Positions 56,299 through 64,000 of a stretch of DNA of 64,000 bases are shown here, piece after piece. Positions within the stretch are counted from its first letter, which is position 1. Each line of letters begins with the position of its first letter. The notes below the pieces were generated by a model that saw only the letters and a program-made list of their open reading frames with translations, was not told the DNA's origin and ran no database searches. The position numbers were made by a program, and so were the translations under genes. The DNA comes from Shigella phage JK36, in sequence record MK962754.1; one strand, given 5' to 3'.

Positions 56299-56571
56299 TT
56301 AGTTGTTAGAATACATCGCTAAATGACGATAAATATTTTCAAAACCTTCATTGAATTCACTAATCAGTGTTTTCTTTTCTTCGGCAGTTAAATTTGTAAT
56401 TAGTTTTCTGAACGAATTCTGATTTAGCTGCCGACCATCTTTTTTAATTCCAATCTCATTCAAGAATCCGATGAAACTTGCTCGGTCTTCAACAATATCT
56501 TCCCTAGAGAATTTAATCAAAATAGAAGCAATAGTAATAATTTCACGTACGATTTCAATGTCTTTATTCAT
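56299..56571 (-). CDS. asiA: anti-sigma70 factor AsiA
   Basis: 90 aa (same as T4); FSREDIVE..FLNEIG matches remembered T4 AsiA. Confidence 0.92.
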   Translation of the reverse strand: MNKDIEIVREIITIASILIKFSREDIVEDRASFIGFLNEIGIKKDGRQLNQNSFRKLITNLTAEEKKTLISEFNEGFENIYRHLAMYSNN

Positions 56572-56617
56572 AACGTTTTATTCATTCCACTTAGTTGATA
56601 TGGATATAGTACCATTA

Positions 56618-56833
56618 TCAGTGTTGATTGTAAACGGCTTTTTCTACGCTTTTAACGTAATTGGTGTAGTCTTCCTGTTCATACGAGTGTAAGGCCAAGA
56701 ATGGAACTAATAGTTCATTATAGACTAAAGCCTCACGCTCACGTTCGGCCTCTACTACGTTCTGAAGATTATGACTCATATTGTTCCTTATAACTATCAA
56801 TGTAGTCCTGTATGTCGAAGAATGACATTTCAT
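56618..56833 (-). CDS. hypothetical small protein (probably about 53 aa from internal Met)
   Basis: ORF overlapped by the next ORF. Confidence 0.4.
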   Translation of the reverse strand: MKCHSSTYRTTLIVIRNNMSHNLQNVVEAEREREALVYNELLVPFLALHSYEQEDYTNYVKSVEKAVYNQH

Positions 56834-57068
56834 ATTCTAGGACATTAAGAGCCCGTTCTTCAGTATAGTCAGAACCAAAGACGATAGTGATTTCACCGGG
56901 CTTCATGTGATTGAAATCGACACTAAAAGGAATACGAGAACATACTTCGTCTGCCATATCTACGATAACACTACGACACACTTCTCGGTTAACCTGATAA
57001 AGCTCTGCAAGTTCTTCACAACGAATAACAAGTTCAGTGGCAGGATTTTCTTTGATTTTAGTAAGCAT
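56769..57068 (-). CDS. acidic small protein, possible Arn-like anti-restriction DNA mimic
   Basis: 99 aa, strongly acidic; T4 arn occupies this position next to asiA. Confidence 0.45.
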   Translation of the reverse strand: MLTKIKENPATELVIRCEELAELYQVNREVCRSVIVDMADEVCSRIPFSVDFNHMKPGEITIVFGSDYTEERALNVLEYEMSFFDIQDYIDSYKEQYES

Positions 57069-57142
57069 AGTCTTTACCCTTATGTTTTTGTTTGCGTTTA
57101 GATTGAAGTTCTGATTTCTTCTTGTCCTTATGGACAGAAGCC

Positions 57143-57370
57143 TTATTGAAATCGTGTTTTGCTACAAGATTGTTCATAATGATTTATAACCTCATTTAAA
57201 CATTTGTCTGTGAAAGAAAACTTTTTAGCCACAGAACATTCGATAATGTGCTCTTTCAAATCTTTAGAGTCAGTATATCCCATCTCAGTAATAAAGTGAC
57301 GAATTAAAGCTTTATTCTTATCATTAACAGAATTAAAATAATCTGCTTTAGAATCAATTATTCTCATCAT
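57143..57370 (-). CDS. hypothetical protein (75 aa)
   Basis: ORF. Confidence 0.5.
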   Translation of the reverse strand: MMRIIDSKADYFNSVNDKNKALIRHFITEMGYTDSKDLKEHIIECSVAKKFSFTDKCLNEVINHYEQSCSKTRFQ

Positions 57371-57635
57371 CTAATTTCCTTAATTGATATTGCAACGAGC
57401 CAATAATTTCTTCGTTCATTTTAATATACATGTCGCGCAAGAAAGGTTTTAACCCATCACGAATAATTGCTAACGTATCACCTTTACATAAATTAACCAA
57501 ATAAGGATGGTCTAAAGCATCCCAACCAGGCTGATTAGCATACATACCATAATTTTCTTCCATCATAGCATTCAGGCGTTTGATATGATTAATGTGGGCT
57601 TCAATAGCATCAATCTGGAGTTGTTTAAGATTCAT
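57354..57635 (-). CDS. hypothetical protein (93 aa)
   Basis: ORF. Confidence 0.5.
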   Translation of the reverse strand: MNLKQLQIDAIEAHINHIKRLNAMMEENYGMYANQPGWDALDHPYLVNLCKGDTLAIIRDGLKPFLRDMYIKMNEEIIGSLQYQLRKLDDENN

Positions 57636-58096
57636 TAGTAAAGGTCCTCAGAGTAAAGTTCTTTTTCATTACCACCACGTTCAATACGTACTTGTCCAGC
57701 GTAAGTTGCAATAATCATTGCTTCTTCACGTGTCCAATAATTACTATATTGGTCAATAAACCCTTGGTCATCATCACAAACTTGTTGAGTAACTAATTGA
57801 GGTTTAACTACATCTAAAACTTCTGCCATATCTTTAGAATAATGACGAGCACCTGGAATAATAAGAGTTCGTCCGTCTTTTAATTTAAAACGGTTGGCTG
57901 CGCAGACAATTCGTCGTTGATACTTTTGGTTTTCATCCCAATACAGAGTCTGCCAACAGATTTCAGGAACTTCATCTAAAACATTTTGTTCTGTATATTC
58001 ACCGCCGTAAGAAGCTAATTTAGCAGCCAGACTTTCCGGAGTCTCACGCGACAAAGCTTTATCTAACAGAGCTAAACGTTCTTTAAAAGTTTTCAT
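57635..58096 (-). CDS. hypothetical protein (153 aa)
   Basis: ORF, ATGA overlap. Confidence 0.55.
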   Translation of the reverse strand: MKTFKERLALLDKALSRETPESLAAKLASYGGEYTEQNVLDEVPEICWQTLYWDENQKYQRRIVCAANRFKLKDGRTLIIPGARHYSKDMAEVLDVVKPQLVTQQVCDDDQGFIDQYSNYWTREEAMIIATYAGQVRIERGGNEKELYSEDLY

Positions 58097-58422
58097 TTAA
58101 ACCATCCTTTAATACGTTGCCAAATAGATTTTTGTGCTTGTTTATTTACACCAATCGAACGAATAACCGGTTGTGACTGCTGGTATTCTTTATAATCTTC
58201 TTTATAGATTTCGTAAGCTGCATCAACAAATGAACTGATCGCTGCCATGTAGTTTTTACGAAGGCCAAATGGCGCGTCATTATTTTCACGAATAACCGTA
58301 TATTGGCCTGCTTTAATCTTTACAATTGTCCCTAAATAAGCCCCGTGGTACCAAATATCCCATCCTTCCTGAGTAGGTTCTGCACATTTACGAAGTTCGT
58401 TAATAATATTCAGCTTATTCAT
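58093..58422 (-). CDS. hypothetical protein (109 aa)
   Basis: ORF, ATGA overlap. Confidence 0.55.
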   Translation of the reverse strand: MNKLNIINELRKCAEPTQEGWDIWYHGAYLGTIVKIKAGQYTVIRENNDAPFGLRKNYMAAISSFVDAAYEIYKEDYKEYQQSQPVIRSIGVNKQAQKSIWQRIKGWFK

Positions 58423-58432
58423 TATGTATTCC

Positions 58433-59065
58433 TCACAGTACGTTAGTTACAAGGGTAATGATTTCTTTGGACACATTAGGGAAGTCAATGTAAGTATATT
58501 TACCACCGATCTTAATCTTAACATCATTTTCAAGAGAAGTAAACAGCTTTGATTCAGTTTCTGACATGTTGTATGCAAAGATTCTAAGAGCGCCATCTCG
58601 ACGAATTTCGATCTGACGAATACCTAGAACTCGTTTTGCAAATCGAACTTCTAAGTTACTACGGTTTTCACCAATTTCTTTAACTTCAACTTTATCTTTA
58701 ATATTTTCAAAAACAAAGTTTGCTAATTCATGCATTTCAGGAGTAACTCCACGTGCTTTTCTGGTGTTACGTTTCTGAAGAAGTTCTGGAGCATTTTCTT
58801 GAGCAAATAGGTCTGCAGCTTTTTGGATAATATCCATTGCTTCGCCTGTTGCTACAAGTCCATCACCGGATTTTTCGACCAAACCTTTCTTAATCAATAC
58901 ACCAATGTTAGAGTTAACAACCGATGCATTGTATTCTGCTTCCAGAGCTTCACGGACATTGGCAGCAGTGGTGAAGTTGTTCTTAATGATATAAACCATT
59001 ATTGCAGCAGTTTTTTCATTCAGAGCGTTTTCAGAAGCTTTGATGATGTAAGTAACTTTAGACAT
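58433..59065 (-). CDS. motA: MotA middle-transcription activator
   Basis: 210 aa; N-terminus MSKVTYIIKAS...NVLNEKTA and NSNIGVLIKKGLVEKSGDGL match remembered T4 MotA. Confidence 0.9.
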   Translation of the reverse strand: MSKVTYIIKASENALNEKTAAIMVYIIKNNFTTAANVREALEAEYNASVVNSNIGVLIKKGLVEKSGDGLVATGEAMDIIQKAADLFAQENAPELLQKRNTRKARGVTPEMHELANFVFENIKDKVEVKEIGENRSNLEVRFAKRVLGIRQIEIRRDGALRIFAYNMSETESKLFTSLENDVKIKIGGKYTYIDFPNVSKEIITLVTNVL

Positions 59066-59100
59066 TTTATTTCTCCAATTCGGTTGTTTTGTTTTGATAG

Positions 59101-59140
59101 GTTTATAATATCATGTTTGAAGCACGTGTAAACTGTTTTG
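59101..59140 (-). promoter_or_regulatory. early-type promoter upstream of motA (GTTTAC, 17 nt, TATTAT)
   Basis: minus-strand read GTTTACacgtgcttcaaacatgaTATTAT. Confidence 0.5.
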
Positions 59141-59155
59141 TGAGAAAAATGCACA

Positions 59156-59176
59156 AAAAGGAGCCGAAGCTCCCTA
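59156..59176 (-). terminator. terminator hairpin GGAGCUUCGGCUCC + U-tract downstream of gene 52
   Basis: minus-strand stem followed by TTTTTGTGCATTTTT. Confidence 0.65.
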
Positions 59177-59250
59177 ATCATGTTTGTCCAACCAATACAG
59201 CCAAATCACTAGTGCAGCTATTGCACCGAGAAATCCTAAGGCTAGGGCAC

Positions 59251-60576
59251 TCAAAGTGCCTCCAAGTCTTTAGTGTACTCTGTCACAACATCGGTAGACT
59301 TCCAATACTCATTTTCTTCTTTCTTAGCTTTAGCTTCTTCTGCTAGTTTACGTGCTTCATCGGAAGTGATATGGAAGATGTTAAGACCTACCAGTTTATC
59401 GACATGTTCTTTATACATTTCGATTTGTGCTAGCTCTTCAGTCAAAGCTTTACGAGTCTTGCCCTGAATCACAATTTCACCGTTGATAACTTTTTTGATG
59501 AAGTGTGCCTTAGCAAAAGCAAGTTTAAATGCTTTTTCAGATTCAAGGATTTTGTTGTCAATACGTTTCTGAACGTAAGTCTTACGGACTTCAACAAAAT
59601 CTTTGATTAAGTCCACTACGTTATCATAGACAGCTAATTTACCCTTTTCATTAATCACTGTGATGTTTTGTGAACGACGTTCGATGAGACTAAAATCTTT
59701 CATGATTTTTTCATGACGTAGCTCTTCATCATCAGGAAGCGAGTACTCTTTACGGAACTTCACCTTAAACCCAAAGCCGTGTTCACCGCAATCATCTTCC
59801 CATGAGATTAGACCTTTGTCTTCCAACGGGTCAAGAACCTTACTCACATACGTTTCACGGTCGAATTTATATGGGATTTCAGTTATCTGCATTTGAGTGC
59901 GAGATGTGAACTTATATGTTCCGTGAATCTCATAACGTCCATCAACTTCATGTACTTCACCACGGAATTCCGGGAATTCAACTTTTGGCTTAGTGACATT
60001 TTTACCTTGAAGAGCTTGTAATACAGCCTTTTTGACTGATTTAAAACTATGAGGCAGAATATTTGTTGCGTAACCGGTTGCAATACCAGAGACGCCATTC
60101 AAAAGAACTGTCGGAATAATAGGAAGATAGAATTTTGGTGGAATGTGTTCTTTATCTTCATGAGCTGGAGCATATTCAGTATCTTTATATACGTTATAGA
60201 AATTTTTACTTACACGAGCAAAAATATAACGAGATGCTGCAGCTTTTTGGACTGTTCGAGAACCAAAGTTGCCTTGGCCATCTAACAGTGGATAGTTGTT
60301 GTTCCATGTGTTAGCCATCAATGCACCTGCATCTTGTGCAGAAGATTCACCATGGTGATAACCTAAATCTGCAACACCGCCTGCAATTGACGCAAGTTTA
60401 TGAAATTTTTCTTTATTACCACGAGCCAAATCTAACGCACGATGAACCACAAAACGTTGAACCGGCTTAAATCCATCAATCATGTTTGGGATTGCACGGT
60501 TTTCAACGGTGTACATCGCATATGCTAAGGCTTCGTTATCAATAATACTTTTTAGATTACGAGAATTCAATTGCAT
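59251..60576 (-). CDS. 52: DNA topoisomerase II medium subunit gp52
   Basis: 441 aa (T4 442); GyrA-like N-terminal region. Confidence 0.92.
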   Translation of the reverse strand: MQLNSRNLKSIIDNEALAYAMYTVENRAIPNMIDGFKPVQRFVVHRALDLARGNKEKFHKLASIAGGVADLGYHHGESSAQDAGALMANTWNNNYPLLDGQGNFGSRTVQKAAASRYIFARVSKNFYNVYKDTEYAPAHEDKEHIPPKFYLPIIPTVLLNGVSGIATGYATNILPHSFKSVKKAVLQALQGKNVTKPKVEFPEFRGEVHEVDGRYEIHGTYKFTSRTQMQITEIPYKFDRETYVSKVLDPLEDKGLISWEDDCGEHGFGFKVKFRKEYSLPDDEELRHEKIMKDFSLIERRSQNITVINEKGKLAVYDNVVDLIKDFVEVRKTYVQKRIDNKILESEKAFKLAFAKAHFIKKVINGEIVIQGKTRKALTEELAQIEMYKEHVDKLVGLNIFHITSDEARKLAEEAKAKKEENEYWKSTDVVTEYTKDLEAL

Positions 60577-60586
60577 ATTTTCACCA

Positions 60587-60721
60587 TATTAATGAACGAA
60601 TATCCATTATAACATCTGAAATGAAAAGCACTACTTGGATTAGTCCAAACATCACACCGTAGTACAGAACCGTAAGCAACAACAAGAGCCCGAAGGCTCC
60701 TGCTAAGATTTTCTTAATCAT
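60587..60721 (-). CDS. hydrophobic membrane peptide (about 44 aa)
   Basis: hand-translated MIKKILAGAFGLLLLLTVLYYGVMFGLIQVVLF...; start overlaps upstream stop (TAATG). Confidence 0.4.
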
Positions 60722-60867
60722 TACTCGCCTTTTAACACGTTAAAAAGAGCTAAGACCGCTAAGGTGCCTTGTGATACGGCCTGTTGAAATACTGTTGTTT
60801 CGCCTGTAACTAAAGTGTTAACGAATAAAAACGACCAACACAGCAATGCAATAATCCATGCTACCAT
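60721..60867 (-). CDS. small membrane peptide (about 48 aa), Ac-like position
   Basis: hand-translated MVAWIIALLCWSFLFVNTLVTG...; GAGG RBS; T4 ac lies between 52 and ndd. Confidence 0.45.
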   Translation of the reverse strand: MVAWIIALLCWSFLFVNTLVTGETTVFQQAVSQGTLAVLALFNVLKGE

Positions 60868-60919
60868 TTTAATTACCTCAAAAATAAATTAAAGGCCCAA
60901 CTTAATAGGCCTGTATAAA

Positions 60920-61366
60920 TTAGTAACTCTGCAGAATGAATTTGAAATTATCAGCCAGAAGACGGTTCATTTCAGTGAGTGTTTGATATTCTGATGTATG
61001 GTTGCGAGTGAATGCCAGAGCCAATTGACCTTTACAATAACCAGTGGTCAGTGGTTTCATGTTCTTAGCTGCAACAAAGATTACATCATATTCAATATTG
61101 TTAGTGCCCATGGTACGGGCTAGTTGTGAACGGCCTTGACGAATGTGAGAAAGAATTGCATCCAACCCTTGTTTAGAACGTTGACGTCCTACAAAGAATC
61201 GTGCTGCTACTTGTCGCCAATCAGATGAACCTTTAACGAAGAAGTAAAAACCTTCACGAGAACGAAACTCTTTAGAAACTTCAGAACCGTATTCGCCATT
61301 ACGAACTACTGCAACAACTTCACCGCCAACTGCCAGAAGGTCTTTACGAGTTAAATATTTGGACAT
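60920..61366 (-). CDS. ndd: nucleoid disruption protein Ndd
   Basis: 148 aa; GNQRSKQG..LSHIRQ.RSQLART and [35 protein letters not shown] match remembered T4 Ndd. Confidence 0.88.
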   Translation of the reverse strand: MSKYLTRKDLLAVGGEVVAVVRNGEYGSEVSKEFRSREGFYFFVKGSSDWRQVAARFFVGRQRSKQGLDAILSHIRQGRSQLARTMGTNNIEYDVIFVAAKNMKPLTTGYCKGQLALAFTRNHTSEYQTLTEMNRLLADNFKFILQSY

Positions 61367-61395
61367 GCTAATTTCCTCAATTGATTAATGTTTTT

Positions 61396-61430
61396 ATAAT
61401 CCATGAGAGCATTATACTCTGCTCTCAAGA
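61396..61430 (-). promoter_or_regulatory. early-type promoter upstream of ndd (TTGTACA ... TATAAT) with flanking 6-bp inverted repeat
   Basis: minus-strand read; near-duplicate of the promoter element at about 33345-33372. Confidence 0.45.
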
Positions 61431-61442
61431 GTTTGTACAATT

Positions 61443-61643
61443 TTATTCGGCTATATCAGAACGTTCAAAAAGCTCTTCAACAGTTAAACATTCAGTGTCA
61501 TCTTCAATAAAGAATCGAGTCCAACACGTTGGGGCGATACAGTTATGAGTTTGTCCGGCGATAGAAGCTACACGAATAAGCTGCTGACCGTTATTCAGAA
61601 CAAATTTTTCACCAATTTCAACATCTTTAAAAAGCTTAGCCAT
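61443..61643 (-). CDS. hypothetical protein (66 aa)
   Basis: ORF. Confidence 0.5.
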   Translation of the reverse strand: MAKLFKDVEIGEKFVLNNGQQLIRVASIAGQTHNCIAPTCWTRFFIEDDTECLTVEELFERSDIAE

Positions 61644-61890
61644 TTTGTGTTCCTCATGTTTCAGTAGGACTACTATACCATAATCCTACCGTGATGTAAA
61701 CAATTAAATTACATTAAAATATGTTAAAGCCAACCATGTTCCAGTGAACGAACATGCAATGTAAAAACCCGTATCACAAATTGTTCTTAATACAATAAGT
61801 GCATTTTTCATAAGTACCTCAATGCAATTGAAAATATTATACAAATCATAGGGATACTAAGCAACCATATTCCGATCCACATTTTAGAGC

Positions 61891-62154
61891 TCATATCTCA
61901 ACTTCTGCAAGTTCCATATATCCTTTGTTGATAACCTCTTTAAGGTCTTTAGAAAGAATAACACCAAAATGGTCGTTCATATGTCCGTTAACTAAACGAG
62001 TTATTTCGGCTTCAGATGACATATAAGGCACGTCCGAGTCCCAGTGAGATAGGCCTAAATGGGTATAAATCATCCCTTCGTCATCTGCAGTGTTGTACAT
62101 TGAAACAAATTCGCCTGTTACTTTATGTTTTGCGTAGAAAAATTTAAATTTCAT
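61891..62154 (-). CDS. hypothetical protein (87 aa)
   Basis: ORF with early-type promoter upstream. Confidence 0.5.
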   Translation of the reverse strand: MKFKFFYAKHKVTGEFVSMYNTADDEGMIYTHLGLSHWDSDVPYMSSEAEITRLVNGHMNDHFGVILSKDLKEVINKGYMELAEVEI

Positions 62155-62222
62155 GATGTTATCCTCTTTTAGATAGGACTACTATATCATAGTCCTACTT
62201 AGTTGTAAACACTTTTGTGAAA

Positions 62223-62843
62223 TTAAAGATGAAGATACCACCCGTTGTAGTTGCTCTTGCGGACGATTTTCTTTAGGTCTTCATGGTCTCCCACGAACTT
62301 TATAGAATAAGAGAAGACGTCAGGTGAGGTTTCTTTGACATCTAATATAATAATGCAATCTGCGACTCGATGGTTCAAGAAGGGCCCTATATTGATTCCA
62401 TTACCACCCGGATAATCACCACTGTATCCTGTGGTAACCGAAATCCATTTCGAATCCATCTGATGGGTCTTTACTTCTACGCGTAGACCACAGTACTTAG
62501 GATGAGCTAAAACGTCCCATGCATACGTGTACGGGTCTTCTACGTCTTCATTACCTTTATTAACATATCCGTCTAGCCAATTTGCTACTACATACTCTGC
62601 AAAGACTGCAACCTTACAACGTCGAACAACGTCTTCTTTTATTTGACCTGGATCTTGTTTCAACGAGTACCGAGCAGTATCAGCGATCTTAACCTTCATT
62701 TCGCTAGTCAAAAACTCATTCGACAGGACAAATGTCGGAAGACTCTTCAGCCTCAACAGCCCCAAGTTCGTCTTTACCATAGATACCTCTGATGTGTAGT
62801 TCGCCAAAATAAATGCGGTCACCTTCTTCAAGATATTCTGCAT
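62223..62843 (-). CDS. hypothetical protein (206-aa ORF; real start may be internal, about 185 aa)
   Basis: ORF; overlaps the next ORF by 128 nt if the first Met is used. Confidence 0.5.
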   Translation of the reverse strand: MQNILKKVTAFILANYTSEVSMVKTNLGLLRLKSLPTFVLSNEFLTSEMKVKIADTARYSLKQDPGQIKEDVVRRCKVAVFAEYVVANWLDGYVNKGNEDVEDPYTYAWDVLAHPKYCGLRVEVKTHQMDSKWISVTTGYSGDYPGGNGINIGPFLNHRVADCIIILDVKETSPDVFSYSIKFVGDHEDLKKIVRKSNYNGWYLHL

Positions 62844-63054
62844 CTACCGGCGGAATTTCATTAACAACTTCGTCGCATTCTAACCAGCCGTAGTGTGCAT
62901 CGCCAGGATGTTTTACCAATTTAGCACAATAAACTGATTTACACTTATGATGACCACGAAGATTAGCAATTTTGGATTCTGATACGTCAAATGGATGAAT
63001 CATAATTACCCCTAAAGAAAAAGGGGACCGAAGTCCCCAATTATTATTCTGCAA
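62716..63054 (-). CDS. hypothetical protein (probable start near 63003 after the rIIB terminator, about 95 aa)
   Basis: ORF; AGGGG RBS before the internal Met. Confidence 0.5.
   Translation of the reverse strand: MQNNNWGLRSPFSLGVIMIHPFDVSESKIANLRGHHKCKSVYCAKLVKHPGDAHYGWLECDEVVNEIPPVDAEYLEEGDRIYFGELHIRGIYGKDELGAVEAEESSDICPVE
63014..63038 (-). terminator. terminator hairpin GGGGACUUCGGUCCCC + U-tract after rIIB
   Basis: minus-strand stem followed by TTTTTCTTT. Confidence 0.7.
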
Positions 63055-63991
63055 ATAATTCAGTAACGTCTGAAATTACTTCATAACGACAAGTACGCAT
63101 CTTAGCATCACCATAGTCGACTGGGATGGATACAACATCACGTGGATGAACTTTAACTTTCACAACTTTATCTGAGCTTGAACCAAAGTGGCGAATATAA
63201 GATTTAGCACAAACGTGGAGACCGCGAGAACAGGTTTGAGTATCATCGTCGTTAACTCGAGTACGAGGCATTGAAACAACTTTACCTGGGGAGTTATCAA
63301 ATGTACCACTATAGCAGTCTAAATAGTCCTTACGAACTACTTTCCACGCATAGAAATGACCATCTTCAGTGATTTCAATATCGTTTGCAACCAAGAAGTC
63401 GAATAAACGTTGTACAGCTTTTTCACTTGGGTTTTCTAACAGGTTTTCAAGGAATGGCAGATAGAATTTAAAGTCTTCACCTTTTTCCATGGAATCAATA
63501 ATACGGTTAACCAACCCTGAACGAATCTCTATACCTTGATAAAATAAACTACCACCTTCAATAGTAACATTACCATCAACAAACTTAGTAATAGCTTTCT
63601 TGATGTTAATAAGTTCGACAGCTTTACTAAGGTTTCCTGCGACCAGATTAGCTTTAATTTCTTCAAAATTTGCATGACTTGATGGAGTCGCATTGTATGC
63701 TACGCGTCCTTCAATAATTGAAATAAATTTAGATGACGCGTTCCATACGATTTCAGGACGATGTCCGCCGATAATAGGTTCATCATTTTCTGGAACTTCT
63801 TCGATTACATAAGAGGCATCGTTTGCTTCAGGGACAACGCCTTCTGCTTTAAAATTCTTAACAATCTTACGAAGAGTATCTGTTGAAATGTCGAAGTAAT
63901 CGGCAATTTCTTTACGAGTCCATTTGCCTGATTCAACCAGGCCGTAAGCTTCTAACTGTTCTTCTTGGGACAAGCATTTGATATTGTACAT
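63044..63991 (-). CDS. rIIB: RIIB protein
   Basis: 315 aa; MYNIKCL... N-terminus and conserved C-terminal half match remembered T4 rIIB. Confidence 0.92.
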   Translation of the reverse strand: MYNIKCLSQEEQLEAYGLVESGKWTRKEIADYFDISTDTLRKIVKNFKAEGVVPEANDASYVIEEVPENDEPIIGGHRPEIVWNASSKFISIIEGRVAYNATPSSHANFEEIKANLVAGNLSKAVELINIKKAITKFVDGNVTIEGGSLFYQGIEIRSGLVNRIIDSMEKGEDFKFYLPFLENLLENPSEKAVQRLFDFLVANDIEITEDGHFYAWKVVRKDYLDCYSGTFDNSPGKVVSMPRTRVNDDDTQTCSRGLHVCAKSYIRHFGSSSDKVVKVKVHPRDVVSIPVDYGDAKMRTCRYEVISDVTELFAE

Positions 63992-64000
63992 AATGTTTCC

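Noticed and set aside
59181-59270. Possible 29-aa TTG-initiated transmembrane micropeptide just downstream of gene 52
   Set aside because: It depends on a non-ATG start with a short spacer after GGAGG, overlaps the gene 52 stop and the terminator, and I cannot verify exact frame by hand. Too speculative to list as a feature.

Overview
This window reads as a contiguous segment of a T4-like (T-even, Tevenvirinae-type) myovirus genome, running from inside gene 20 (portal) to rIIB. Gene calls come from recognising the translated ORFs against remembered T4 proteins and from T4 gene order; no database search was run. Proteins are similar to T4 but not identical, so this is a relative of T4, not T4 itself. 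Layout: a plus-strand late block of head genes (20-67-68-21-22-23, 24), a minus-strand early block (rnlB, hoc, inh), uvsW, uvsY, the baseplate hub genes (25/26 divergent from 51-27-28-29-48-54), a long minus-strand early/middle block (alt, DNA ligase 30, 30.x, rIII, 31, cd, pseT, spanins, alc, rnlA, denA, nrdB, nrdA, td, frd, 32, 59, 33, dsbA, rnh), the late long-tail-fibre operon (34-35-36-37-38) with holin t, and a final minus-strand block (asiA, arn-like, motA, 52, ac-like, ndd, rIIB). The one clear anomaly is a near-perfect 845-bp head-to-tail duplication inside the major capsid gene 23, which shifts the frame and splits gp23 into two ORFs; every other recognisable gene is intact. No rRNA, tRNA, CRISPR array, transposon or group I intron was found. 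Hand-derived coordinates for promoters, hairpins and sub-60-aa genes are approximate (about +/-2 nt).
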